The notes under the pieces are model-generated. The model worked only from the letters and a program-made list of their open reading frames with translations, made no database searches and was not told the origin of the DNA. DNA of 64,000 nt from a virus. Taxonomy: Duplodnaviria > Caudoviricetes. Location: positions 1-64,000 of the IMG/VR virus record IMGVR_UViG_3300035208_002851. One strand, 5' to 3'. Both the position numbers and the translations under genes were made by a program. This document shows positions 47,790-57,421 of the stretch, piece by piece. The stretch's first letter is position 1, and each line of letters opens with the position of its first letter.

Positions 47790-50429
47790 TTAAAATATAG
47801 AGGTAAAACTACCAGTAAATATATTTCCAGCAGTTCTAGAGTAGTAATTTGTAAAATCTCCATTAAATATAACAGGTCGCATAATATAAGCATTACCTAC
47901 CGTGTGTGAACCTAAAATAAAACCATTTATGGCAGTTGGTGAACTTACAAAGGATTGTAATGATAAGCCGTCAAAAGATGCCTTTTCAATATTACCGTCA
48001 TTATCTATAAAATTAACCGAATCACTATAAGTAAACATTTCAACATTACTAAATGTTGCACCAACTATTGAACCATTTTGTGGTATTCTAATCCCAGAAC
48101 CAGTGCCAAATAACCTTATAATAATATTTCTTGCATTTGTACCGCCATTTGATGTAGAAGGAAAATCCATACCAATAGATGGATTATTAATATAAATATT
48201 ATCTAAAATTGCATGACCAGTACTGGCAACGGAATTTGCAATTTGAATACCTATATTCACAGAGTTCATTTTTATGTTGGTTATTTCTGTTTGATAAGCA
48301 TCTAAAATTTGAATACCAGAATTTGTTTTATTTGTACCATCAATTTGGAACCCAGAAATTTTTGATCCATTATAAGAAAGGAAGCTTGTAGGAGATGTCA
48401 CTGTAAACGCAAAAATACTACCAGTTGGAACTATTTTTACTCCATCACTTAATAATGTAAGTTGTTTATCAGTAATAGTTATAGTCGAACTTATACTCCA
48501 ATTTTCATTATTGTTTTTAACATATATTGTAGAACCAGAAGGAGCTGCAACAATTGCCTGATTAATAACACTTGCAATATCAGTAAAAGTAGAAAAATCT
48601 GCCTTTCCAGTTAAACCATTTTTAGCATAGTATATTAAATTATCTCTATATATTAAATATGAATAAGGTTCTGCTTCTGGTAATAAATAATCATAATCAT
48701 CAACAAGAAACGTTTTTAATTTATTATAATTACCAATATCAATAACTTTTGTAAACAAATTCGTGTGACTTGAGTGTTCTTCAATCATGTCAAATGGCTG
48801 CACAAATCCAGTAGATGATGTATATAAAACAGTACCATCTGTGTCAAGGCTTGCACGTGTTGTTAATCCATACCTATTACTACCAGATGCAAATGTTTCA
48901 AATTTAGTTTGGAAAAGAATTGAATTCCGTAGTTGAAATTCACCAGAAGAAACCTCCATTGCAATTCCCGCAGCATTATCGGAATTTACCCAAAATGTAA
49001 GTTCTTCCCATAACCCATGTCCAACAGAAGAATTTCCCGGTAAATATATTCCACAACTATTTACATTATGAATATCCATATATATACGACTTAAATTAGT
49101 ATTATCAAATGAATAATGTATTAAAGGAAATGGTATAAATGTTATAGTTTTAGTACAATATACACTGTAAACATCATGTATATATGTGTGTTCTGTCCAA
49201 CAATTGTCTGCCGAAGTATTTTCTAACGCAATACCTCTATCCAAACCATAAACATGTAGCATGCCAACTTCATTTCCAAGCCCATTTCTAATTAAAATAC
49301 CATGATTAGTTCCGTGTACAAATTCTTTACCGCTTCCACTAATACTTAAATTTAATATATGGTTTTGTACCGATGCCATCCATGTTGATCCCAAAAGTTT
49401 AATAGTATAATCTCCATCTGTTTGATTAACAAAATTAACACCATCAGTTACAAAGGTAAGTCTTGTTTTATCTTGAATAAGTATTGGCGATGTAATAGGA
49501 ACATCTTTACCATCTGATTTTACAAAAATTATACTACCTGTAATTGGGGAACCTAAAATTGCAGCATTTATTACCGAAGAGGCATTTGTACCATCTATAC
49601 TCCCAGCACTACCCGATCCTCCATAATCTATTTCTCCGTTTTTACCATTTTCCGCCCAATAATAACCACTACCAGAATAAATAAGATATGTTACATCTTT
49701 TAACAATCCATGAGAAAAAAGAAAGTTAGAACCACTAATTACTCCTATAGAATTAATATTAGTTATATTTGCATTTGGGCCATAAAAATTAGAACCAGAT
49801 ATTAAACTTCCTGTTATATTATCCGCTATAATATTTTCAATTAAACTTAATGGTCCTCGAAAAAGACTTCCGGAAATTAAATTACTTCCAGTTATATTAT
49901 TTGCTATGATATTTGTAATTACAGCAATGGGTCCATAAAAGGCACTTCCAGAAACAAAAATACTACCAGTAATTTCAGACGCTGTAATACTTTCACGTAA
50001 ATATATAGTACCAGAATTCATATTAATTTCTGTTGATAAAACTCCTTCTTCATAATATGTTATTTTTCCCGCTTCAAAATCCATAATTGTACAAGTAGCT
50101 CCACCATTTGGAGTATAAGTTATTGTTGTTGCTCCATCTTCAAGTATTAAAGCAGTTTGATCTGGAACACTAATAGAACCTGTACCATAATTACCTGGTT
50201 TAATATGTAAATTGCCAGTACCTATAGAATTAATAGCTAATTGAATTAATCCAATACCATTACTTCCAGATGAACCCAAAATAGTTCCATTGGTTCCACT
50301 TAACATATCATAACTACCAGAACTGTTTTGCACAACAATTCTTGTAGCTGTTTTATTTAATGCATGATCCATCATCTGATTAAATCTTATAGCATTCATT
50401 TGTGGTGGTATTGTAAAACTTTCACTCAT
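47790..50429 (-). CDS. Large beta-helix (pectin-lyase-like) spike/adhesin with repeated modules
   Basis: Repeated YLIY....YYA.NG..G..D....ASVIN.AI....GS.I.VK modules followed by Asn/Ile/Gly-rich beta-helix. About 19 [ST]GS. Confidence 0.65.
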   Translation of the reverse strand: MSESFTIPPQMNAIRFNQMMDHALNKTATRIVVQNSSGSYDMLSGTNGTILGSSGSNGIGLIQLAINSIGTGNLHIKPGNYGTGSISVPDQTALILEDGATTITYTPNGGATCTIMDFEAGKITYYEEGVLSTEINMNSGTIYLRESITASEITGSIFVSGSAFYGPIAVITNIIANNITGSNLISGSLFRGPLSLIENIIADNITGSLISGSNFYGPNANITNINSIGVISGSNFLFSHGLLKDVTYLIYSGSGYYWAENGKNGEIDYGGSGSAGSIDGTNASSVINAAILGSPITGSIIFVKSDGKDVPITSPILIQDKTRLTFVTDGVNFVNQTDGDYTIKLLGSTWMASVQNHILNLSISGSGKEFVHGTNHGILIRNGLGNEVGMLHVYGLDRGIALENTSADNCWTEHTYIHDVYSVYCTKTITFIPFPLIHYSFDNTNLSRIYMDIHNVNSCGIYLPGNSSVGHGLWEELTFWVNSDNAAGIAMEVSSGEFQLRNSILFQTKFETFASGSNRYGLTTRASLDTDGTVLYTSSTGFVQPFDMIEEHSSHTNLFTKVIDIGNYNKLKTFLVDDYDYLLPEAEPYSYLIYRDNLIYYAKNGLTGKADFSTFTDIASVINQAIVAAPSGSTIYVKNNNENWSISSTITITDKQLTLLSDGVKIVPTGSIFAFTVTSPTSFLSYNGSKISGFQIDGTNKTNSGIQILDAYQTEITNIKMNSVNIGIQIANSVASTGHAILDNIYINNPSIGMDFPSTSNGGTNARNIIIRLFGTGSGIRIPQNGSIVGATFSNVEMFTYSDSVNFIDNDGNIEKASFDGLSLQSFVSSPTAINGFILGSHTVGNAYIMRPVIFNGDFTNYYSRTAGNIFTGSFTSIF

Positions 50430-50905
50430 GTTGAATAACCTTCGTAAATTCCTCTAAAATAATTATCTCGTAGTTCAAATCTTGATCTCAAAAGTATTGG
50501 TCGAGTATCTAATTCATCTATCGTCTTCCATCCATAGGAATAAATAAATGATTCATCATTTCCAGATGAAATATGGCTTCCACTTTTTATGATTCTATCA
50601 ACTTCCGTACGAAGTTGATATTCAATATTTTTTGCGCTTCCTAAACTTTTATTTGAATCTGAGTCAGGACGAACCCAAATATTTATAGATATCATATCTT
50701 GAAATTGATAAGTTGGAATTGGACCACATTCTATAAGAGAACCAAGTGATGTAACTGGAGTTATTGTGATTTGGGGCATACCTATTTTTGAATCATACCA
50801 ACCAGTTGAAAATTGTATTTCAGAAAGATTAATACCAGATTCTGTAGAACTCCAACCATTTTTTATAAGAATTAGAGTTTGAAGAATAGGATCAGTAGTT
50901 GTCAA
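50426..50905 (-). CDS. Tail terminator-like protein, copy 1
   Basis: Follows head closure, paralog of 47245..47775. Confidence 0.5.
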   Translation of the reverse strand: MTTTDPILQTLILIKNGWSSTESGINLSEIQFSTGWYDSKIGMPQITITPVTSLGSLIECGPIPTYQFQDMISINIWVRPDSDSNKSLGSAKNIEYQLRTEVDRIIKSGSHISSGNDESFIYSYGWKTIDELDTRPILLRSRFELRDNYFRGIYEGYST

Positions 50906-51324
50906 TAGGTAGAACCACTCCTTGGAACCAATCTTCTAATTCTTGCACTCTTAGAAATTAGTATACCGCCTTCGTACCATTCATGTAAAGGTAGTATTAA
51001 ATATCTTATACCACTATTTGCCGGGACAATAACCTGGTCCCAATGTTCAATTCCAGAATCACTTCGAACTTGAATAGAGTCTATATCTTCACCATAGAAG
51101 CCAGCGTTTGTTACGACATCTGAAGTATCTTCATGGGTAAGAATAGCATTGCAACTTCCTGTAATCCAGTAGACAATTTCATCACCATAACCATAAGTTG
51201 TAGTACTTCCAGTAGTAAACGATTCACTACCAGAAACAACTCTACGAAGCCATTGAATTTGTGTACCCAAAGCATCTACAGTAGTGTTTACTTTATCTTG
51301 TGCAGATTGGAAGTTTATATTCAT
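50902..51324 (-). CDS. Head closure protein (putative)
   Basis: Size and synteny after the adaptor. Confidence 0.5.
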   Translation of the reverse strand: MNINFQSAQDKVNTTVDALGTQIQWLRRVVSGSESFTTGSTTTYGYGDEIVYWITGSCNAILTHEDTSDVVTNAGFYGEDIDSIQVRSDSGIEHWDQVIVPANSGIRYLILPLHEWYEGGILISKSARIRRLVPRSGSTY

Positions 51325-51355
51325 TTATTAGGTTCCTCACCTAAATTTTATTAAC

Positions 51356-51814
51356 TTAATAATAACTTGGAGCAGTATCACGATATGTTGGTTCATTAGA
51401 TTCTGCGCTTACAGAAAGCGGTTGTATAGCTCTCAAGTGTAATTGCGCGGCTTCTTTAAATTCAGCAATTAAATTTCTATAGGTTGCTAAAAGTAAAGGC
51501 TGTTGAATAGTAATGCCCGCTGTAATTGAAAACCCGTCTACTATAACATCTCCACTAAGAAGTGTTAAAACTCTCATACAACTATAGTCAAGCTCCGCAG
51601 CTCTTAAATGATAAAATGTTACATCATCGGTGGCAGCCATTTTATCTTGACCTAAAACACCAGTAAGATAATAATTAGCCATGTTAATTTGAGCAAGTAC
51701 ACTTCCAGATGATAAAGGTACATTCCAAAATACATAACTACTACCGCTATAAGTACCATTTAATACTTGCCGGACATCTTCGCACGTTACTATAGGATAT
51801 ATTGATGTTGACAT
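51356..51814 (-). CDS. Head-tail adaptor (putative)
   Basis: T.EDVR..L start, helical, synteny. Confidence 0.55.
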   Translation of the reverse strand: MSTSIYPIVTCEDVRQVLNGTYSGSSYVFWNVPLSSGSVLAQINMANYYLTGVLGQDKMAATDDVTFYHLRAAELDYSCMRVLTLLSGDVIVDGFSITAGITIQQPLLLATYRNLIAEFKEAAQLHLRAIQPLSVSAESNEPTYRDTAPSYY

Positions 51815-51815
51815 A

Positions 51816-51947
51816 TCATTTAGCCACTATATATACTTCTTGCCCTTCCTTTCTTAAGAAGTCACTTTGAGAACTTGGAATAGTTAACCATGTATATTTA
51901 TAAACCCAATAATCTAATAAGAGGTATCGTTCAGCTAAACTAACCAT
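51816..51947 (-). CDS. Hypothetical small protein (43 aa)
   Basis: Manual translation MVSLAERYLLLDYW..., fills the gap exactly. Confidence 0.45.
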   Translation of the reverse strand: MVSLAERYLLLDYWVYKYTWLTIPSSQSDFLRKEGQEVYIVAK

Positions 51948-51949
51948 TT

Positions 51950-53317
51950 TTAAGCCTCAATTACGTATCCTACATCAAATGGAACAGTAATATTATCTGT
52001 AACATTACTCATTATATATAATGCTTCGTTTGCAGCACTAATTCTTGGTTGACTAAATTGTTGATGTATACTTCCAGAATTGGAAAATGTTAAAAATCTC
52101 TTTGATTGTACAGAACCTGTAGTATTACCAAAATAGAAATAATGTAACCCATCTGTTTTGGTAGCAAATCCTGCATCATAAATTTTAATTCTTAAACCAG
52201 AACCAGAATTTATAATCATACTACCACTACCAGCAACAAGAGTAGTACCGTCACTCCCAGAATTAATTAAGGCAACCGAACCAGATATTCCAATTGAATA
52301 ATTGGAAATGGATCCTGTAATAGCTAATGTAATTGTTGAACCTGTAATATTTATTCCAGAAATATTAGTTACTGAAGTTAATGATCCAGTTATTGCTTGT
52401 GTGTAACTGGAACCAGTAATACCTATTGGTGTATTTAATCCAATAGAACCACTTATTGGTAATGTTGAAGATGCATAAATTGAACCAGTAATTGCTAATG
52501 TGTTTGTAGATCCAGTAATATTTATACCACTAATATTCGTAATTGAGGTTAGGGAACCTGATATAGGTAGAGTTAATGTAGAACCTGTTATGTTTATACC
52601 AGAAATATTAGTTATAGATGTTAGAGAACCTGTAACCGGAAATGTAATTGTAGAACCCGTAATGTTTATACTACCAGATATGTTTGTTGTAATTAATGTA
52701 ACGGAGCCCGTAATTGCCTGTGTATAACTTGAGCCAGATAAACCTATTGTTCCGCCAGTTATATTTGCAGATCCAGTTACTGCAAGTGTTCTTGTACTTC
52801 CTGTAATATTAACTCCAGATATATCTGTCACACTTGTTAAGGAACCAGTAACTGGCAAAGTTGATGCGGCATTAAAACTTCCAGTTATTGAAAACGTTAT
52901 TATGGATCCAGTTATTCGTATATTTGGATTATTAGTAACCGATGTTAAAGAACCTGTTATTGGTAAAGTTGTTGTAGATCCTGTAAGTCTAACACCAGAT
53001 ATATCTGTAATAGTAGAAATTGTTGTAATTGAAGTTAAAGAACCAGTAACAGCTAATGTAGTTGTAGAGCCAGTAATTAATGAATATGAATTTATCTGTC
53101 CAACAGATTCTTCCATTGAAATTTTTAAATTACCAGCAGATGTTAAAGAAGTTGGAATTTGCGCAGTTTTTACTGGAGTTAAAACTGAACCTGTTTCATC
53201 CTGTAGAATAACAACTTCGGTATGAACATCACTACCACTAATAGAATTAACTACTGTTCGTTGTTTCTTTCCAAGACCAGAATCCAAAGGTAAAATTACA
53301 TAATTATCTACAGGCAT
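51950..53317 (-). CDS. TGS-repeat fibre-like virion protein
   Basis: About 31 [ST]GS in repeats such as ITGSLTSITNISGINITGST. Confidence 0.7.
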   Translation of the reverse strand: MPVDNYVILPLDSGLGKKQRTVVNSISGSDVHTEVVILQDETGSVLTPVKTAQIPTSLTSAGNLKISMEESVGQINSYSLITGSTTTLAVTGSLTSITTISTITDISGVRLTGSTTTLPITGSLTSVTNNPNIRITGSIITFSITGSFNAASTLPVTGSLTSVTDISGVNITGSTRTLAVTGSANITGGTIGLSGSSYTQAITGSVTLITTNISGSINITGSTITFPVTGSLTSITNISGINITGSTLTLPISGSLTSITNISGINITGSTNTLAITGSIYASSTLPISGSIGLNTPIGITGSSYTQAITGSLTSVTNISGINITGSTITLAITGSISNYSIGISGSVALINSGSDGTTLVAGSGSMIINSGSGLRIKIYDAGFATKTDGLHYFYFGNTTGSVQSKRFLTFSNSGSIHQQFSQPRISAANEALYIMSNVTDNITVPFDVGYVIEA

Positions 53318-53386
53318 TTTATTTTCACCAAATTAAAAAAGATATTAATATTTAAAATTTTTAAACTGAAGATATTCCCCATATCT

Positions 53387-53402
53387 CTATAGAACCATGA
53401 CC
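53387..53402 (-). promoter_or_regulatory. Candidate late-gene motif GGTCATG-N4-TATAG
   Basis: Shared with 58022-58037 and 62637-62651. Confidence 0.45.
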
Positions 53403-53427
53403 AAACCTAAAAATAAATAGTATTATT

Positions 53428-54294
53428 TTAAAAACTGTTTATGAAATCCATATTTATGTTAAGTTGACTACTTAATAAATATGAATTCTGGTTTTCTTCA
53501 CCAAAATAACCATGTTTTAGGGTTGTATTTTTATATAAATTGCGGAGGCATATACTACCAAAGATTAAACTAGAATCAGGATAACTATTATTAAGTGAAT
53601 TTAATTCTAAATCTGATAAAGATTTATTTTTCAGAAGTGTATAATAAGCACTTCTTCCATTAAAAAGTTGAGTGTTTAAATTGTAGCCGAATAATTCATC
53701 AGGTGATGTCGGGGTTCCTACTGTGTAACTGTTTGCGCCAAAAGTTAATACACCACTCGTGGATTTTGGATTTCCATCAATACTTATGCGGACAACTTTA
53801 TTGACGAAATCAACTTCACCGTAAACTAGGTGTTTTGTGGTAAGAGAGGGTGCAGTAACACCATAGGTTTGGACCGAATCAGTAAGTACACTTCTACATA
53901 AAACATTTAATAAACCACTTTCTACATTGATAGAAAATCCAGTTGAACCTGCGTTTATAGATAAAAATATTAAGCGTCCCATATTAGTTACGTCGTCTAA
54001 ACTAACCCACGCATACATGGAAATAACAGTAGCGCCATTAAAAAGTGAAGTTAATGGGTTAGTTGTGGCGAAAGTAATATAATCACCTGTTCCGTTTGCG
54101 TCTCTACAGGTTTTACCAGCGAAAAAAGGAGAAGCTACTATTGTGGTTCCTGTTGCTGCACCATTATTGCTATTTCCCGAAGTATCCAACACGGGGTTAG
54201 TAGCTACTGGTTCCTCCATCTTCCAAGTTCCCACCACACTAGGTATAATATTTATTGGATTAACCTCATTTAATAATCCAATAGGAGGAGTCAA
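53428..54294 (-). CDS. LamG/concanavalin A-like domain virion protein
   Basis: W.MEE......DTSGN.N.G, GTGDYI, SMYAWV, F.G. Confidence 0.75.
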   Translation of the reverse strand: MTPPIGLLNEVNPINIIPSVVGTWKMEEPVATNPVLDTSGNSNNGAATGTTIVASPFFAGKTCRDANGTGDYITFATTNPLTSLFNGATVISMYAWVSLDDVTNMGRLIFLSINAGSTGFSINVESGLLNVLCRSVLTDSVQTYGVTAPSLTTKHLVYGEVDFVNKVVRISIDGNPKSTSGVLTFGANSYTVGTPTSPDELFGYNLNTQLFNGRSAYYTLLKNKSLSDLELNSLNNSYPDSSLIFGSICLRNLYKNTTLKHGYFGEENQNSYLLSSQLNINMDFINSF

Positions 54295-54297
54295 GGT

Positions 54298-54663
54298 TTA
54301 ACTCACCACTATAAATAAACTACCAGAAACTGCCGCTGCTGCATTATTGCTAATAAGACTAACTTTAATTAGTGGCACGGAATCAAAAAATGTGAAATAA
54401 CTTAGAGAACCACTGTTGAAACTACCACTTTTTAATTGATAATAATTGGTTCTATCAAATGATCCAGAAACAACCAAAGAACCTGATGATTGTGTAGTAG
54501 GATATAAATAAGCATAAATACTCTTAACAGAGTAAGGTGAAACATCGAAGGCGGAGCTAACTATAGATCCTGTTATACCTATAGTAACGTTATTAGTTGA
54601 ATAAAGAGTTTTAGAAAGACCAGAAGTTGAAGTTTTAAAATTTGAAGTAATTGGAGTTGACAT
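54298..54663 (-). CDS. Small beta-sandwich virion protein
   Basis: Follows MCP, 6 [ST]GS in 121 aa. Confidence 0.55.
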   Translation of the reverse strand: MSTPITSNFKTSTSGLSKTLYSTNNVTIGITGSIVSSAFDVSPYSVKSIYAYLYPTTQSSGSLVVSGSFDRTNYYQLKSGSFNSGSLSYFTFFDSVPLIKVSLISNNAAAAVSGSLFIVVS

Positions 54664-54683
54664 ATGTTTTCCTCAAACATTTT

Positions 54684-54707
54684 TTAGGGGGAATTTCACC
54701 CCCAAAA
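54684..54707 (-). terminator. GC hairpin near a T-tract downstream of MCP
   Basis: GGGGG-TGAAATT-CCCCC, with T-runs after the MCP stop. Confidence 0.35.
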
Positions 54708-54739
54708 TATTTTTATAAAAAAACTAAAGTATTTTATTT

Positions 54740-55669
54740 TTAGGTAACGTTAATACCTGCGATGGCGCAAATCGTTTGGCCTTGAAGCACAACTGGGGAA
54801 TATCTTGCTGTGATGTAAACGCCCACTGAATCTCTTTCTTCAATTGCTTTAATACCAGTAGTAATTGCTCTACGTTCAACAAACATACCCATAGGTGAAT
54901 ATTGACCCATAATGTTTGAAGTTTTGCCTCTTGAAAGGACGTAAATACTACCAGTTGGACAATTGGTTGAAGAGAATGCATCCAGACCCAAGATATCTCC
55001 GAACTTACCAGGTACTTGCATCAAACCTTCTTGTAGAATGGGTTCGCCATAATGCATTAAGGATGTGAAGTGTGGAAGTTTTTCAATGTGAGTCTTAGCT
55101 AATGGGTGACATAGCATGGTATCAGGCATATAGTTGAACTGTTCTACCTGTGCTTTGGCATTGATAATATCGTATGTTCCGACACCTGGACCACCTGAGC
55201 CAGAAATAACGAATTCTGTTCCATCGAAAGCAAGAGATTTACCTGTTGCCGTAACTGAACTACCTGTACCAGCGCCTATTGCGGCGATACAGTCTTTGTC
55301 AATTTTATTGGCAAAGCGTAGTGAAGCACGGATAAGTTGATCTTGCTGGATAGGAATCAAAGAGTCTTCGATCATTTCTTTAGTTACAAGGAATCCATGT
55401 GCAATTTTATAAGGAACAACGTTTACTGAACTGTATGCGGTGACATCTAATGGAATTTCGACACCTTCAGCAACTTTCTGAACTACAGCACCTGTACTAC
55501 CCGATTGTTTCGGGAAAGTAATTGAGTTAGATGCGGTAAGAGAGTATTGCTGGAAGAATTGCCGAGCAACCATGTTAGGCATAGCAATTTGTAGAACTTG
55601 TTGGTGTAAAGCCGGATAAAGCAAACCTGCGGTTGTGACTGGTGATAAAACTTGACGTTGTAGTGACAT
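54740..55669 (-). CDS. Major capsid protein (HK97 fold)
   Basis: VAEG.EIP, K.A....VTKEMIEDS, PDT...HP, G.I.GL. Follows protease and decoration genes. Confidence 0.88.
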   Translation of the reverse strand: MSLQRQVLSPVTTAGLLYPALHQQVLQIAMPNMVARQFFQQYSLTASNSITFPKQSGSTGAVVQKVAEGVEIPLDVTAYSSVNVVPYKIAHGFLVTKEMIEDSLIPIQQDQLIRASLRFANKIDKDCIAAIGAGTGSSVTATGKSLAFDGTEFVISGSGGPGVGTYDIINAKAQVEQFNYMPDTMLCHPLAKTHIEKLPHFTSLMHYGEPILQEGLMQVPGKFGDILGLDAFSSTNCPTGSIYVLSRGKTSNIMGQYSPMGMFVERRAITTGIKAIEERDSVGVYITARYSPVVLQGQTICAIAGINVT

Positions 55670-55778
55670 TTTTTAATTTTCCTCCATAATTTTTTTGTTA
55701 TTTAATTAAATTCACGGTTAATTAGGTAACTGATTTAACAGTCACTTTTTTTATTAAAAAAAAGAAAGGGATATTTTT

Positions 55779-56204
55779 TTAAGCTACATTATCCATGCAG
55801 TTTATGAATGCATATGTGTAACCTGCGCTTCCTGAGACGGTCTTACCTGCTACTTGTGCTACTTTAGTGCTTCCAGAAGTTCCCCAATAACCTGATCCTG
55901 TAATGACTAGTGGTTGACCAAATCTTACAGTACCTGTTGCGGGTAACGATGGCAAGCTTTTTACGTAACCCCAGACAATAACTCCTAAAGGATCGCCATC
56001 TGAAACTGTTGCTGTAGCGACACCTGCGGGAATCAAAGAACCTGAGGGTGCACTTGTAGGCATGTAACAATAACCAGGATTAGTTGATTCAACAACAACT
56101 GCTCTACCTGCGATAATACTTCCTGAAGCTGCAAGAGTAATAACCATTGCTGGTGTAACTGCTAGATAATCTGTAGTTCCTTCGTATGTTAAAAATGCTG
56201 ACAT
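55779..56204 (-). CDS. Capsid decoration/cement protein
   Basis: Between protease and MCP, A...I.AG..V....GVA......G pattern. Confidence 0.65.
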   Translation of the reverse strand: MSAFLTYEGTTDYLAVTPAMVITLAASGSIIAGRAVVVESTNPGYCYMPTSAPSGSLIPAGVATATVSDGDPLGVIVWGYVKSLPSLPATGTVRFGQPLVITGSGYWGTSGSTKVAQVAGKTVSGSAGYTYAFINCMDNVA

Positions 56205-56215
56205 TTTTATTTCTC

Positions 56216-57364
56216 CTACTCCATTAGATGAGCTTCAGCGAAAGCTTTAATTTCTTTAAACCACACTGGTATAGCATCTGCTGTAACTTCCTGAGTTGCT
56301 TCGTCTGGAGATTCAACTTTCGCACCTTTAAGTGCTTCTTTCTTTTTAGCTTTCTTAGTAGCTTCTTTTTCTTCTTCGGGTTCTTCTTCCTCTTCTTCTT
56401 CTGGACATGTTGGTTTTTCGAACTTGCTTGCTGGAACATCCTTAGGAATACCAGAACTTGTTTCGTCTTTCTTAACTTTGACTTTCATAAGTTCTTCAAA
56501 CTTTGCAACTGCTGAACTAAGTTGCTCAAGTTTAGTAGCTACTTCTTCTTTTTTCTTTACTTCTTCTTCTTCTTTCTTTTTATTTTCATCTATTTCAGCT
56601 TTCTTTTTAGTTTCTTCTTCCTTTCGGAATTTTTCTTCAAACTTTGCAAGTTGAGCTGTAATAGCTTCAAGTTTTTCTCCAAGTAAAACAACTGCGTCTG
56701 CGCCTGCTGGTTTTAATGTAGTTGCCTTAATTTCTTCGGTCATGTTTGTTTTTTCCTCCGCTGTTTTATATAAAATAGGTCCTGCCTTTTCCTCATCCGA
56801 AGAATAAGGCGTGACTTGATTAGCAGCCAAAGCTGCTGTAATAGAAGCAGCAAACCCCATTGGAGCAAATTCGCTTGTACGGTATGCTGGTTCTGTAACA
56901 ATTGAAGCTTCCTTCAATCTTATATTTTTAATAATATCATGAGAACCTTTACATTTACAAGTTTTAATTGGTCTTGATGGCGTATTACATTTTGAACAAA
57001 AAGCATCTGCTGAAGCACCAATACTAATATATTTTAGTCTACCCTTCATTACAGACCTTTGAATTGAAGGGTCGTCAATTTCGGCTTCAAACATAACACG
57101 TTTATTCTTTTCGTCGTATGAACCAAGTCTAAATCCACCAATTACATCTCTTGCGGATTTGCTGTGGTCCAGCCTTAAAGTTGCATCCTTAACTTGATTT
57201 GCAACCTTCGGCAATTCTTCCATATCAAGAGCAAAGTTGTTAGCACACACATCACCATTAACTAATTCACCCGAAATAAGTAATGTTCCAGAATCATCCT
57301 TATTTTCATTCTGTTTTGATTCTATAATATTTGCATGCCAATTAAACTTTAGATTTTCACTCAT
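56216..57364 (-). CDS. Prohead protease with C-terminal scaffold
   Basis: LRLDH, ISIGA, EASIVTEPAY, charged coiled-coil tail. Confidence 0.85.
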   Translation of the reverse strand: MSENLKFNWHANIIESKQNENKDDSGTLLISGELVNGDVCANNFALDMEELPKVANQVKDATLRLDHSKSARDVIGGFRLGSYDEKNKRVMFEAEIDDPSIQRSVMKGRLKYISIGASADAFCSKCNTPSRPIKTCKCKGSHDIIKNIRLKEASIVTEPAYRTSEFAPMGFAASITAALAANQVTPYSSDEEKAGPILYKTAEEKTNMTEEIKATTLKPAGADAVVLLGEKLEAITAQLAKFEEKFRKEEETKKKAEIDENKKKEEEEVKKKEEVATKLEQLSSAVAKFEELMKVKVKKDETSSGIPKDVPASKFEKPTCPEEEEEEEPEEEKEATKKAKKKEALKGAKVESPDEATQEVTADAIPVWFKEIKAFAEAHLME

Positions 57365-57421
57365 TATGTATCACTTTAAATAAATAAAATAGGGTCAAAT
57401 AGACCCAAAATTTGGTTCTTA

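Noticed and set aside
51950-53317. Repeats as a CRISPR array or DGR template
   Set aside because: The repeats are in-frame and degenerate at synonymous sites. There are no spacers and no reverse transcriptase in the window.
47790-53317. Host AglB N-glycosylation (N-x-S/T) as the explanation for the motif bias
   Set aside because: N-I-T/S occurs, but most [ST]GS copies lack an Asn at -2. Tailed virions also assemble in the cytoplasm, away from AglB. Not fully excluded.
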